NCBI GenBank assembly: GCA_963828255.1
Contig: CAWHDZ010000011.1
Location: 96,001-160,000, forward strand
Source: an uncultured delta proteobacterium
GTDB taxonomy: Bacteria; Myxococcota; Myxococcia; Myxococcales; Anaeromyxobacteraceae
Length of the DNA: 64,000 nucleotides
Reading direction: 5' to 3'
The notes beneath the pieces were generated by a model that ran no database searches, was not told the origin of the DNA, and saw nothing but the letters and a program-made list of their open reading frames with translations. Numbering within the stretch: position 1 is the stretch's first letter; each line of letters begins with the position of its first letter. This document shows, in pieces, positions 54,846-63,946 of the stretch. Made by a program: the position numbers and the translations under genes.

Positions 54846-55223
54846 GTGGCCGGCATCGGAGACCTGGGCCCCTACTGGAAGGCGATCGCCCGCGGCCACC
54901 ACTTCCGCCTCCAGGCGGTCGCCCGCGAGCCGCGCACGGCGGCCATCTCCCGGCTGGAGGAGGCCGTGCAGCGGCATGGGGGATTCATCCTCGACTTCAA
55001 GGCGTTCAGCGACCTCTCGCTGAACCTCCTCGTGGAGTCGAGCGGGAGCGGGCTGGTCGCGCTGGTGGACTCCCTCGTCGCGCTCGGCTGGCCGGTCGAG
55101 GTGGAGCCGGGTCGTGAGGCCCTGGGCGCGCGAGCGGCCGAGCGGCTGGAGGGCACCGTCCAGCTGACCTTCCCGGAGGGAGGCGGTGCGCTGGCCCACC
55201 CGCAGCCGGCCGTACCGGGCTGA
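54846..55223 (+). CDS. Hypothetical protein, possible ACT-like fold
   Basis: AISRLEEAVQRHGGFILDFKAFSDLSLNLLVE; coding-like GC3; stop lies inside the downstream repeat. Confidence 0.68.
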   Translation: MAGIGDLGPYWKAIARGHHFRLQAVAREPRTAAISRLEEAVQRHGGFILDFKAFSDLSLNLLVESSGSGLVALVDSLVALGWPVEVEPGREALGARAAERLEGTVQLTFPEGGGALAHPQPAVPG

Positions 55224-55281
55224 CATCGCCACAGCGCCGGCTTCAGCCGGCGCAAGAGCCACCCACGGAACCGTTTCGTTC
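55217..55281 (+). repeat. Extended direct repeat containing REP copy 4
   Basis: GGGCTGACAT.....CAGCGCCGGCTTCAGCCGGCGCAAGAGCCACCCACGGAACCGTTTCGTTC. Confidence 0.85.
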
Positions 55282-55344
55282 GAACCACGACACGGGTGTC
55301 GCGGTTCACCAGTTGAACCCCTCCATGGAGGCATCGCGTCGCGG

Positions 55345-55743
55345 CTACCCCACCCCGCTCTGCTGCTGCCCCTTCCCCTTCTGCTCCTCCGCGGCGATCT
55401 CCGCCCGCACCTTGTCCATGTCGAGGTCGCGGGCCTTCTGGATGAGTTCCTCCAGCGCCGCCTCGGGCAGAGCGCCCGGCTGGGAGAAGAGCAGGATCTT
55501 GTCGCGGAGGATCATGAGCGTCGGGATCGACATGATCTGGAAGGACCCAGCCAGCCCCTGCTGGTCCTCGGTGTTCACCTTGGCGAAGGTGACGTCCGGG
55601 TGGCGCCCTGCGACCTTCTCGTAGGTGGGGCCGAAGGAGCGGCAGGGGCCGCACCAGGGCGCCCACCAGTCCACGAGGACGAGCCCGTCCTTCTCCACGA
55701 CCTCCTTGAAATTCGCCTCGGTCACTTCAACGGTGGGCTTCAT
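55345..55743 (-). CDS. trxA: Thioredoxin
   Basis: DWWAPWCGPC, SIPTL. Confidence 0.9.
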   Translation of the reverse strand: MKPTVEVTEANFKEVVEKDGLVLVDWWAPWCGPCRSFGPTYEKVAGRHPDVTFAKVNTEDQQGLAGSFQIMSIPTLMILRDKILLFSQPGALPEAALEELIQKARDLDMDKVRAEIAAEEQKGKGQQQSGVG

Positions 55744-55885
55744 CTTTCGTTCCTCGGTGGCGGCGCCGTCCATCGGCGCGTTGGCCTCTCTCTCCCGAGA
55801 GCCGTAACCGCGCCAGAGGGTTCGCGCCACGCGGGCGCCACACGGCGCCTTGACGCCGCGCGCCCCCCGGCCCCAAGGTTCTGCC

Positions 55886-56203
55886 ATGGAAGGACGCAGC
55901 CCCAGGGGACGACGCAGGACGCTCGCCAGCGTGGTGGCCGAGTCGCTCGCGCGCCGCTCCGAGGCCCGCCGGCCGGCTGCCGCAGCGGCCTTCGCCGAGG
56001 CCTGCGGGTGGCCGCTCTCCCGGGAGTTCACCGTGCGCGGGCTCGGGCCCGACGGCCACCTCTGGGTGGTGGCGTCGTCGCCGGAGTGGGCCCGTCAGGT
56101 GGAGGAGCTCTCCGCCGCGATCGTGTCCCGGATGAACGACCGGCTCGGCCGCCCGGTCGTCACCGCACTCGACGTGCGGGTCCGGCAGGCCCGGAAGGGA
56201 TGA
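55886..56203 (+). CDS. dciA: DciA/DUF721 family protein
   Basis: GHLWVVASSPEWARQV...IVSRMNDRLG KH-like pattern. Confidence 0.72.
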   Translation: MEGRSPRGRRRTLASVVAESLARRSEARRPAAAAAFAEACGWPLSREFTVRGLGPDGHLWVVASSPEWARQVEELSAAIVSRMNDRLGRPVVTALDVRVRQARKG

Positions 56204-57390
56204 CCGCCGCCGCCGCGTCGGTGATGCTCCTCGCCGCGCTCGGTCAGGCGCCGGCGTCGTCCGTGGCGCCGGCGCTTTCCCCGCTCGAGGCGGCCACCCT
56301 GGCGAAGGTCCGGGCGGCGCTGCGGCAGCGCACCGTGCCGGCGCTGTCGGAGGCGCTCGTGCAGGCCGCCCGGGCGCTGGCCCGCTCGGCCTCCCGGGGC
56401 GACCCGCACCCCCTCTCCTCCGCCGCGCTGCGGGCCGCGCTCGGGGAGGCCGGCGTCACCGACCCGTCCCCGGCCGCCGTCCTGCTCGCCGCCGGCGTCG
56501 GCTCCCTGCCCGAGGCCGTCGCCGCCGCCGCCCATTTCCGGGGCGCCACCCACCTGGGGATCGGGGTGGTGGTGGAGGAGCAGCTCGCCTGGGCGGTGCT
56601 GCTCGCCTCGGAGCGGCGGGCCGATCTCGACCCCTTCCCGCGCCGCGTGTCGCCGGGTTCCCGCGCGGTGCTCGGCGGGCTTCTGCTCCAGCTCGACGGT
56701 CCCCGGGCCTGGGTCGCCACGCCGTCCGGCGCCGCCTTCGAGATCCCGGTCGAGGCGGAAGGGCGACGGTTCCGGGCGCCGGTCCGCTTCGACCAGGCCG
56801 GGACCTGGCGGATCGAGGTGGGCGGGTCGGGCGCGCGCGGGGCGGCGGTGGCCGCCATCCTGGAGGTCTCCTGCGGCGACGGCGCGACGGACGCGCCGCC
56901 GGGTGGAACCCCGGGCACGCCAGGATCCGGCCCGCCCGGATCCGACCCGGCGGAACGCGGCGACGAGGCCAGCATCCGCGCCGCCGTGAACGGGCTGCGG
57001 GCGCGCCAGGGGCTCGACCCACTCCAGGGGTCGTCCGCGCTCGACGAGCAGGCCAGGAACCACAGCCAGGCCATGCTCGCCGCCGGGACGGTGGCCCACC
57101 TGCTCCCGGGAGGCGGCGACCTCCCGGCGCGGGTCGCCGGGTCCCTGGTGCGCTTCCGATCGGCGCGGGAGAACGTGGCCCGCGGGGACGGCGCGCTCGA
57201 CGCCCACCGGGCCACGGTGGAGAGCCCGGCGCACCTCGCCAACCTGCTTGCACCAGGGGTGAAACTGATGGGACTGGGGATCGCCCGCGGAGCCCTGCCC
57301 GGCGGCCAGCCGGTGGTCTACCTCACGGAGATCCTGGTCGAGCCGCTCGACCCCGTCCCGGCCGGCGCGTCGCCGACCGGGGAGCGCTGA
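56200..57390 (+). CDS. Exported CAP (SCP) domain protein
   Basis: VNGLRARQGL, ARNHSQAM, ENVA, SPAHLANLL, MGLG. Confidence 0.85.
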   Translation: MTAAAASVMLLAALGQAPASSVAPALSPLEAATLAKVRAALRQRTVPALSEALVQAARALARSASRGDPHPLSSAALRAALGEAGVTDPSPAAVLLAAGVGSLPEAVAAAAHFRGATHLGIGVVVEEQLAWAVLLASERRADLDPFPRRVSPGSRAVLGGLLLQLDGPRAWVATPSGAAFEIPVEAEGRRFRAPVRFDQAGTWRIEVGGSGARGAAVAAILEVSCGDGATDAPPGGTPGTPGSGPPGSDPAERGDEASIRAAVNGLRARQGLDPLQGSSALDEQARNHSQAMLAAGTVAHLLPGGGDLPARVAGSLVRFRSARENVARGDGALDAHRATVESPAHLANLLAPGVKLMGLGIARGALPGGQPVVYLTEILVEPLDPVPAGASPTGER

Positions 57391-57396
57391 GGCCGG

Positions 57397-57621
57397 CTAG
57401 GCCATCCGGCGCTGCGTCGCGTAGTTCTCGATGCTCGCCTCGATCTGCGGCTGGATGGCGAAGAGGGTGCAGCGCGTGCAGGTCCAGCTGTTCCAGGACC
57501 GCTTCACCGCCTCGTCGAGGCAGGAGTCGTAGTTGCCGCAGAAGAGGTTCCGGTGCCCTTCGACACCCCTCTCCGGATTGATGGGGGAGTTGAGCTCGGC
57601 GGGGGTTGGCTTGCTGAACAA
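57397..57621 (-). CDS. Small 74-aa four-Cys protein
   Basis: TTG start with AGGAG SD; HRNLFCGNYDSCLDEAVKRSWNSWTCTRC. Confidence 0.72.
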   Translation of the reverse strand: MFSKPTPAELNSPINPERGVEGHRNLFCGNYDSCLDEAVKRSWNSWTCTRCTLFAIQPQIEASIENYATQRRMA

Positions 57622-57790
57622 GGCGTTCTCCTGACCGTGAGCGTCGCTTAATGTTTCCTTCAAGGAATCGGGGCGTTTATGCCTGCCCGCGTCGCAGCGT
57701 GTCAACCCCCCGGCGCCGCACGATTTGCCGGTATGTGAAGAAACGTATTTGCCTGTAAGTCTCATCGGTTGTGGCATCATCCGGCTCGTT

Positions 57791-59938
57791 TTGCGCACCC
57801 CTTTCGTGACCATCTTGCTTTTACTTTGCGTCACGGCGCCAGCCTCGGCCCAGACGCCCTTCACCGGCTGGGCCGAAGGCGCCGGCGCCGCGGCCCTGGC
57901 CATCGCCGCGGGGGACCCGGCGGAGGCGCTGCGGGCCTCCCGATCGGCCTCGTCCCATGTCACCTCGGGTGAAGCCGGCGCGCGGGCCCGGCTCCTCTCC
58001 GCCCGCGCCCTCGAGCTCGGCCGCCGCCCCGCCGAGGCCGCGGACGAGCTGGCAGCGGCCCTTCCTTCACTACCCGTCATGCTCGTCCCGGCCGCGCGGG
58101 CCCGCCGCGCCACCGTGCTTTCCGCCGCCGGACGCCCCGCCGAGGCGGCCACCGCCTTCGCGCTCGCCGCGGAGGGGGCCGAGCCGGCCGACCGGCCCGC
58201 GCTGGCCATCGCCGAGGCCCGGGCCTGGCTCGAGGCCGGCGAGCCCCGGGAGGCCGCCCGCGCCGCCGCGGGCGGAGGGAGCGACCCCGCCGCGCGGCTC
58301 CTGCTGGCCCGCGCCTGGGCGTCGCTCGGCGACCCGCGCGCCCCCGCCGCGCTGCGCGCCGTGGCGCTCGAGCGGGTGGGCGAGCCCGAAGGCGAGGAGG
58401 CCGCCCGGGCGCTGCTCGCTTCCTGGCCCGGGGTCCTCACCGTCGAGGACCGCATCGACCGGGCGCGACGCCTCCTCGCCTCCTCCAGGACCGCGGCGGC
58501 CCTCGCCGAGATCGACGCCCTCGATCCGCTGGCCGGTCCCGCTCCCCTCCTCGCCGTCCTGCGGGCCATGGCGTATCTACAATCCCGGCTCCCCGCCGAG
58601 GCCGAGGCGATCGCCGCACCGGTGGCGCGCCTCCCCGGACCGGGCGAGCCGGCCGCGGCCCGCTACGTCCTCGCCCGCGCCGCCGCGCGGCAGGGGCGCA
58701 TCGACGAGGCCGTCACCCGCTACCGGCAGGTCGCCCGGGAGCGGCCCGTCGTCCCCGGGCTCACCGCCGCCCAGCAGGCGGATCTCCCCGACGACGCCGC
58801 CTTCCTGGCCGCCTGGCTCCCCTACGACGCCGGGCGATATGCGGAGGTGGCCCGCTCCCTCCGCGGTTTCGTCCGGGAGCGACCCTGGGCGCACCGCGCC
58901 TCCGACGCCCGGTGGTTCCTGGCCTGGACCCTCCTCCGGTCCGGAGACCGCCCGGCGGCGCGCAAGGAACTCGCGGAGCTCGCGGCCAGGGAGACGGGCC
59001 ACCTGCGCGCGGCGGCGCTCTACTGGACGGCGCGCATCGACCCCGACCCCGGGAGGTCGGCCGCTGCCTACCTCGCCGCCGCCTCCGAGGTGCCCGACGG
59101 CTGGTACGCCCTCCTCGCGGCATACCGCCTCGCGCAGCTCTCGGTCACCCTCCCCGGGCCGGACCCCCTCCCGCCGTCGCCCCTTCCCGACCCGCCAGAG
59201 GGATCCCGCGCCGGCCAGGCCCTGTCACTCGCCGTCGATCTCTCCGGGGCCGGGCTCCGCGAGGAATCGGCCGCCCTGCTCCAGCGCCTCTCCCGCGCCC
59301 CAGACGTCCGGTCCCGGGCCTCGCTCCTCGCCGAGGTGGCCGCCTTCACCGGCGACCCGGAGATCCCCTTCCGGATGGCCCGCGACCACCTCCCGCCCGG
59401 GATCCGGGCCCGGCGCTGGGCCTACCCCGACGCCCACGCCGACCTTCTCCGGCCAGCCGCGCTGCGGCTGGGCGTGGACCCCGCGCTGGCGCTCGCGGTG
59501 ATGCGGCGCGAGTCGGCCTTCCTGGCCTCGGTCCGGAGCGGCGCCGGCGCCGAGGGGCTCCTCCAGCTCCGGCCGGCCACCGCGGACCGCCTGAGCGCCA
59601 TCCTCGGCCTTTCACCCGACGTGGACCTCGCCGATCCCGGCCAGAACGTCCCGCTGGGGCTCGCCTACCTGGGGATCCTGGCCGACCGGTTCGCCTCGCC
59701 GGCCCAGGTCCTGGCCGCCTACAACGCCGGGCCCACCGCCGCGGCCGGCTGGTCCCGCTCCCGCGCCGGGATGCCGCTCGACGAGTGGGTGGAGGAGATC
59801 CCGTACCGGGAGACGCGCCGGTACGTCCGGTCGGTGCTGGCCGACTGGGCGCGGTACCGCAGCCTGGACGGCAGGACCCCGCCGCCCCTCGACCCCGCCG
59901 CCCCGATCACCCCACCGGCGGCAGGAGTGGCGTTCTAG
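57791..59938 (+). CDS. slt: Soluble lytic transglycosylase (TPR-like repeats plus SLT domain)
   Basis: Signal peptide; MRRESAF, GAEGLLQL, AAYNAG, IPYRETRRYV; start uncertain. Confidence 0.9.
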   Translation: MRTPFVTILLLLCVTAPASAQTPFTGWAEGAGAAALAIAAGDPAEALRASRSASSHVTSGEAGARARLLSARALELGRRPAEAADELAAALPSLPVMLVPAARARRATVLSAAGRPAEAATAFALAAEGAEPADRPALAIAEARAWLEAGEPREAARAAAGGGSDPAARLLLARAWASLGDPRAPAALRAVALERVGEPEGEEAARALLASWPGVLTVEDRIDRARRLLASSRTAAALAEIDALDPLAGPAPLLAVLRAMAYLQSRLPAEAEAIAAPVARLPGPGEPAAARYVLARAAARQGRIDEAVTRYRQVARERPVVPGLTAAQQADLPDDAAFLAAWLPYDAGRYAEVARSLRGFVRERPWAHRASDARWFLAWTLLRSGDRPAARKELAELAARETGHLRAAALYWTARIDPDPGRSAAAYLAAASEVPDGWYALLAAYRLAQLSVTLPGPDPLPPSPLPDPPEGSRAGQALSLAVDLSGAGLREESAALLQRLSRAPDVRSRASLLAEVAAFTGDPEIPFRMARDHLPPGIRARRWAYPDAHADLLRPAALRLGVDPALALAVMRRESAFLASVRSGAGAEGLLQLRPATADRLSAILGLSPDVDLADPGQNVPLGLAYLGILADRFASPAQVLAAYNAGPTAAAGWSRSRAGMPLDEWVEEIPYRETRRYVRSVLADWARYRSLDGRTPPPLDPAAPITPPAAGVAF

Positions 59939-60807
59939 GCCCGCTCCTGCGGGGCGTTCATCACCCCGAGGATGGCCGGGCCCGCCTTGTCCATCACCCG
60001 CGGTGTGATCCCGGGAATGGAGCGGATGGCGGACTCCTCGCGGGGCCGGAGCCTGGCCAGGAGGACGAGCGCCGTCTCCGGGATCACCTTGAAGGGTGGC
60101 TTGTCGATCTCCGACGAGAGCTCCTCGCGGGCGATCCAGAGCGCGCGCAGGACCTTCTTCCCGTCGGCGTCGAGCTCCCGGGCGCCCTTCAGCTTGCGGA
60201 AGCCCTCCGGGTCGAAGACCCGGGCGTGGGCGCGGGCCGCGGCGATGCGGTCGAACTCCCGCCGGGCCTCGTCGGCCGCGCCACCCTGGGCCAGCCCGGC
60301 CGAGAGGATGTCGTGGAGCGGGAGCAGGAAGTGGGTGTCGAGGGCCGCGTAGCGGAGCTGGGCGGCGGTGAGCGGCCGCCGGCCCCAGTCGGCGCGCTGG
60401 TGCTCCTTGGTGAGCCGGACGCCGAAGTGGGCCTGGACCAGCGCCGCAAGCCCCAGTTCCTTCGAGCCCAGCCTGCGCGCCGCGATCATGGTGTCGAAGA
60501 TCCGCCCCAGGTCCCATCCGAACTCGCGCCGCAGGCAGCGCACGTCGTAGTCGGCGCCGTGGAGGACCAGTTCCCGCTCCCCCCCCAGCACGGCCCCGAG
60601 GGGCCGGACGTCCACGGCGATGGGGTCCACGATGAAGTCGGCGCCGGCGATGGAGATCTGCATCAGGCAGACCCGCTCCCGGTAGGCGTGGAAGCTGTTC
60701 GACTCGGTGTCGAGCGCCACCCGCGGCTCTCCCTCGAGCCTCCGCGCCAGCGCCTCGATGGCTGCGGCGTCGGCGACGTAGGTCGGCGTGGGGGCGGGCC
60801 CGGACAT
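59935..60807 (-). CDS. rnd: Ribonuclease D (DEDDy exonuclease plus HRDC)
   Basis: ALDTE, CLMQIS, HGADYD, FDTMIAA, DWGRRPL, YAALD. Confidence 0.9.
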   Translation of the reverse strand: MSGPAPTPTYVADAAAIEALARRLEGEPRVALDTESNSFHAYRERVCLMQISIAGADFIVDPIAVDVRPLGAVLGGERELVLHGADYDVRCLRREFGWDLGRIFDTMIAARRLGSKELGLAALVQAHFGVRLTKEHQRADWGRRPLTAAQLRYAALDTHFLLPLHDILSAGLAQGGAADEARREFDRIAAARAHARVFDPEGFRKLKGARELDADGKKVLRALWIAREELSSEIDKPPFKVIPETALVLLARLRPREESAIRSIPGITPRVMDKAGPAILGVMNAPQERA

Positions 60808-60879
60808 GCGGACCTCATACCCCATCACCAGGGGATGCGCAGGCCCATTCCCGTCCCAACGAAGGTATCATCCGAGCCG

Positions 60880-61668
60880 ATGAGGGCGCGCATCCGCGGC
60901 TGGCTGACGACGATCTACGCCGCCCTCTTCATGGCGCTCTTCTTCTTCTCCTCCCTGCCGGTCATGCTGGTGACCCGCTCGGGCGACCTCCCCATGTGGT
61001 TCGCGCGCAAGGCCTGGGGCCCCTGGGGTCTCTGGATCGCCGGCGTGGACTTCCAGGTCGTGCGGACCGCACCCTTGCCCGACGGACCGGCCATCTACGC
61101 GGCCAACCACGCGAGCGCCCTCGACATCTGGGCGGCGGTGGCCGCCATCCCCCGCGGCGTCCGCTTCGTGGCCAAGGCCGAGGTGTTCCGCTGGCCGGTC
61201 TTCGGCTGGTACATGACGCTCGGGGGTCACATCCCCGTCGATCGCAGGGACCACACGCGTGCGGTGGCCTCCCTGGCGCGTGCGGCCGCGCGGGTCCGGG
61301 CCGGGACGAGCCTCATCGTCTTCCCCGAGGGTACGCGCAGCCGCGACAACCTGGTCCACGCCTTCAAGAAGGGGCCCTTCGCCATCGCCACACAGGCCGG
61401 CGTCCCGGTGGTTCCCCTGGCCATCACCGGCGCCGGGAAGGTGACCCCGAAGGACCTGCTCCACGTCCACCCCGGTCCGGTCCGCGTCACCTTCGGACGG
61501 CCGGTCACCGCGGCGGAGTTCCCCGGCCGGGACGCGCTGCTCCGCGAGGTGAGGCGCCAGATCATCGAGATGGACCGCGCTGCGGGGGGACCCGGCGGCG
61601 CCGACGAGCCGGCGGTCGCCGCACGCGGCTTCGAGGGAGACGTTGGCGACGCACCGGACGGACGGTAA
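60880..61668 (+). CDS. plsC: 1-acyl-sn-glycerol-3-phosphate acyltransferase
   Basis: NHASALD, FPEGTRS, FKKGPF. Confidence 0.9.
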   Translation: MRARIRGWLTTIYAALFMALFFFSSLPVMLVTRSGDLPMWFARKAWGPWGLWIAGVDFQVVRTAPLPDGPAIYAANHASALDIWAAVAAIPRGVRFVAKAEVFRWPVFGWYMTLGGHIPVDRRDHTRAVASLARAAARVRAGTSLIVFPEGTRSRDNLVHAFKKGPFAIATQAGVPVVPLAITGAGKVTPKDLLHVHPGPVRVTFGRPVTAAEFPGRDALLREVRRQIIEMDRAAGGPGGADEPAVAARGFEGDVGDAPDGR

Positions 61669-61677
61669 GCTCCCTCC

Positions 61678-62148
61678 ATGGGTGAACGAGACAGGCGCGT
61701 GCCGGACCTGGTCGAGGGAGCGCTCGACCAGGGGCGCCGCGCGGCGTCGGGCCTGATCGACGGGTTCCGCAAGGCCGGACGCTGGCAGAAGGCGCGCCTC
61801 GGGATCCTGGGCGGCTGGCTCGGCGCCTCGTTCATCGCCCTGTGGATCGCCTGCCCCTCGTCGGGTCCGGGCAACTCCATCGGCGCCGACGTCCACGTGC
61901 TCAAGGACTCGCTGCTGGGTGGCCAGCAGATCCTGGTGCGCAACGAGTCGGACGAGGTCTGGACCGACGTGGTGCTCACCCTCGACCGGACCTGGCGAAT
62001 CGAGCAGCGGGCCTTGCGCCCCCGGGAGCAGGTGGTGCTCTCCCCGGCCCAGTTCGAGCGCGCCGGAGAGCCCGCTCCCCGCGACCTGCGCCCGAAGCGG
62101 CTCGACGTGGCCTGCCAGCAGGGCAAGGCCGGCTTCGACCTGCGCTAG
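61678..62148 (+). CDS. Hypothetical membrane-anchored protein
   Basis: One hydrophobic helix then a beta-rich domain; operonic with plsC. Confidence 0.68.
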   Translation: MGERDRRVPDLVEGALDQGRRAASGLIDGFRKAGRWQKARLGILGGWLGASFIALWIACPSSGPGNSIGADVHVLKDSLLGGQQILVRNESDEVWTDVVLTLDRTWRIEQRALRPREQVVLSPAQFERAGEPAPRDLRPKRLDVACQQGKAGFDLR

Positions 62149-62618
62149 ACCCGCCGCGCAGCCCGGCTCCCCCTCCCGCCCCACGCCTCCTCAATCTCCC
62201 GCTCCCGGGCAGCCTCCCGGGCGCGACGCCCCCGCTCAGCCCACCGGGCGGCGCCGCGCGAGAGCGCGCCGGCCCGCCCCTCGAACTCGCGCTGGGCGGC
62301 GGTCGCCTCCTCTGCCCGGCGACCCGCCCGGCCGGCCCGCTCCGTCGCCAGGCGCCCCTCCCTCGCCATCCGCCGGGCGCCCCGGTCGAGGGCCGCGCGC
62401 GATGCGGCTTCCCGCGCCAGCTCACCGGCCGGCGCGGGATCCGGAGCGGCGGCGCCGGCAGCCGCACGGCGCCTCTCCTCCTCCGCACGCTCGGTGATCC
62501 GGTCGGCCTCGCCCCGCGCCCGGGCGGCCTCGGCCCACCGGAGGGCCACGCCCCGTGCGGCGCGGAGCGCCTGCGCCGACCGCAGCGAGGAGAGCGGCTC
62601 GAGCGGCCAGGGCTTCAC
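62145..62618 (-). CDS. FliJ/SctO-like coiled-coil stalk protein
   Basis: Ala/Arg/Glu helical protein with GTGA coupling to the T3S ATPase; PLEPLSSLR N-terminus. Confidence 0.6.
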   Translation of the reverse strand: MKPWPLEPLSSLRSAQALRAARGVALRWAEAARARGEADRITERAEEERRRAAAGAAAPDPAPAGELAREAASRAALDRGARRMAREGRLATERAGRAGRRAEEATAAQREFEGRAGALSRGAARWAERGRRAREAAREREIEEAWGGRGSRAARRV

Positions 62619-63946
62619 GCGTCGATCCCGGCGGCGAGCCCGGCGAGGGCCTGGACGGTCTCCGCGAGGGGGGTCGCACCGGTCCCCTCCTGTCGGAGGA
62701 ACGCCTCGATGGCCGGCATCGCGTCCGCGGCCGCATCGAGCCCGGGGTCGGCGCCACGAACCCAGGCCCCAGCCGCCACGAGGTCCCGGGCAGCCTCCCA
62801 CCGGCCGATGGCCCTCCGCACCTTTCCCGCCGCGGCGCGCTGCCCGGCCCCGGTGACCGCAGGCATGGCCCGCGACAGGCTCGCGACGACGTCCACGGCC
62901 GGGTGACGCCCTCCCTCGGCGATGCGCCTGTCGAGCACCAGGTGGCCGTCGAGCAGCCCCTGGATCTCCACCGACATCGGATCCTCCGCCTCGTCCCCTC
63001 CCGAGAGCACCGTGTACACCGCCGTGATGGACCCCCCCGGCCCCGTGCCTGCCCGCTCCACGAGCCGGGGAAGCTCGGAGAAGACCCGGGCAGGGAATCC
63101 CTGGCGCACCGGCGCCTCGCCGGCGCCGAGCCCCACCTCCCGCACCGCCCGCGCGAAGCGGGTGAGCGAATCGACGAGCAGGAGCACGCTGCGACCCTCG
63201 ACCCGCGCGAACCACTCCGCCACCGCGGTGGCCACCTGGGCCGATCGCATCCGCACCACGGCCGGCGCGTCGCTGGTGGCCGCCACCACCACGCTTCGAC
63301 GCAGCCCCTCCGCCCCCAGGGCGTCCTCGACCATCTCGCGGACCTCCCGGCCACGCTCCCCCACCAGGCCCAGCACGCAGACCTCGGCGCCCGACCCGCG
63401 CGCGAGCCGCCCCAGGAGCGAGGATTTCCCGGCTCCCGGCCCCGCGAAGAGCCCGACCCGTTGCCCCTCGGCAAGGGTGGCGAACCCGTCCACGGCCCTG
63501 ACCCCGGTGGCGAACGGGCGGGCGAGCCGCGGCCGCTCCAGCGGGCCGGGGGCCGCCCGGTCCACCTCCCAGGAGGTGAGCCCCGGCGGCAGGGGCCTTC
63601 CGTCGAGGGGGCTCCCCAGTCCGTCGAGGACCCGCCCCAGGAGGCCGCACCCCACCCGGATCTCGACCCTGCGGCCGGTCCTCCGGACGAACGCGCCAGG
63701 GACGGCCGACCGCGCGTCCCCGAGCGGCAGAAGGATCGCCTCGTCGCCGCGAAGCGCCACCACCTCGGCGCGCACGACGCCGTCCCGCCCCGTCCCATCA
63801 TCGGCCTCCACCTCGACCTGCTCGTGGAGCCCCGCGCCGGCGCCCGTGCATCGCAACAGGAACGGGGTCACGTCGCGGAGCCGACCCATCGCCAGGAGGG
63901 GCCTCGCCCCCCGCACCGCAGCCGTCGCACGGGCGAGCACGGTCAC
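62615..63946 (-). CDS. FliI/SctN (YscN) family type III export ATPase
   Basis: LLGRVLDGLG, GQRVGLFAGPGAGKS, GERGREV, DSLTRFA, LDGHLVL. Confidence 0.92.
   Translation of the reverse strand: MTVLARATAAVRGARPLLAMGRLRDVTPFLLRCTGAGAGLHEQVEVEADDGTGRDGVVRAEVVALRGDEAILLPLGDARSAVPGAFVRRTGRRVEIRVGCGLLGRVLDGLGSPLDGRPLPPGLTSWEVDRAAPGPLERPRLARPFATGVRAVDGFATLAEGQRVGLFAGPGAGKSSLLGRLARGSGAEVCVLGLVGERGREVREMVEDALGAEGLRRSVVVAATSDAPAVVRMRSAQVATAVAEWFARVEGRSVLLLVDSLTRFARAVREVGLGAGEAPVRQGFPARVFSELPRLVERAGTGPGGSITAVYTVLSGGDEAEDPMSVEIQGLLDGHLVLDRRIAEGGRHPAVDVVASLSRAMPAVTGAGQRAAAGKVRRAIGRWEAARDLVAAGAWVRGADPGLDAAADAMPAIEAFLRQEGTGATPLAETVQALAGLAAGIDA

Noticed and set aside
48313..55281. CRISPR array or integron attC array
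   Set aside because: Four copies, irregularly spaced and in mixed orientation; no spacers, cas genes, intI or RYYYAAC/GTTRRRY boxes
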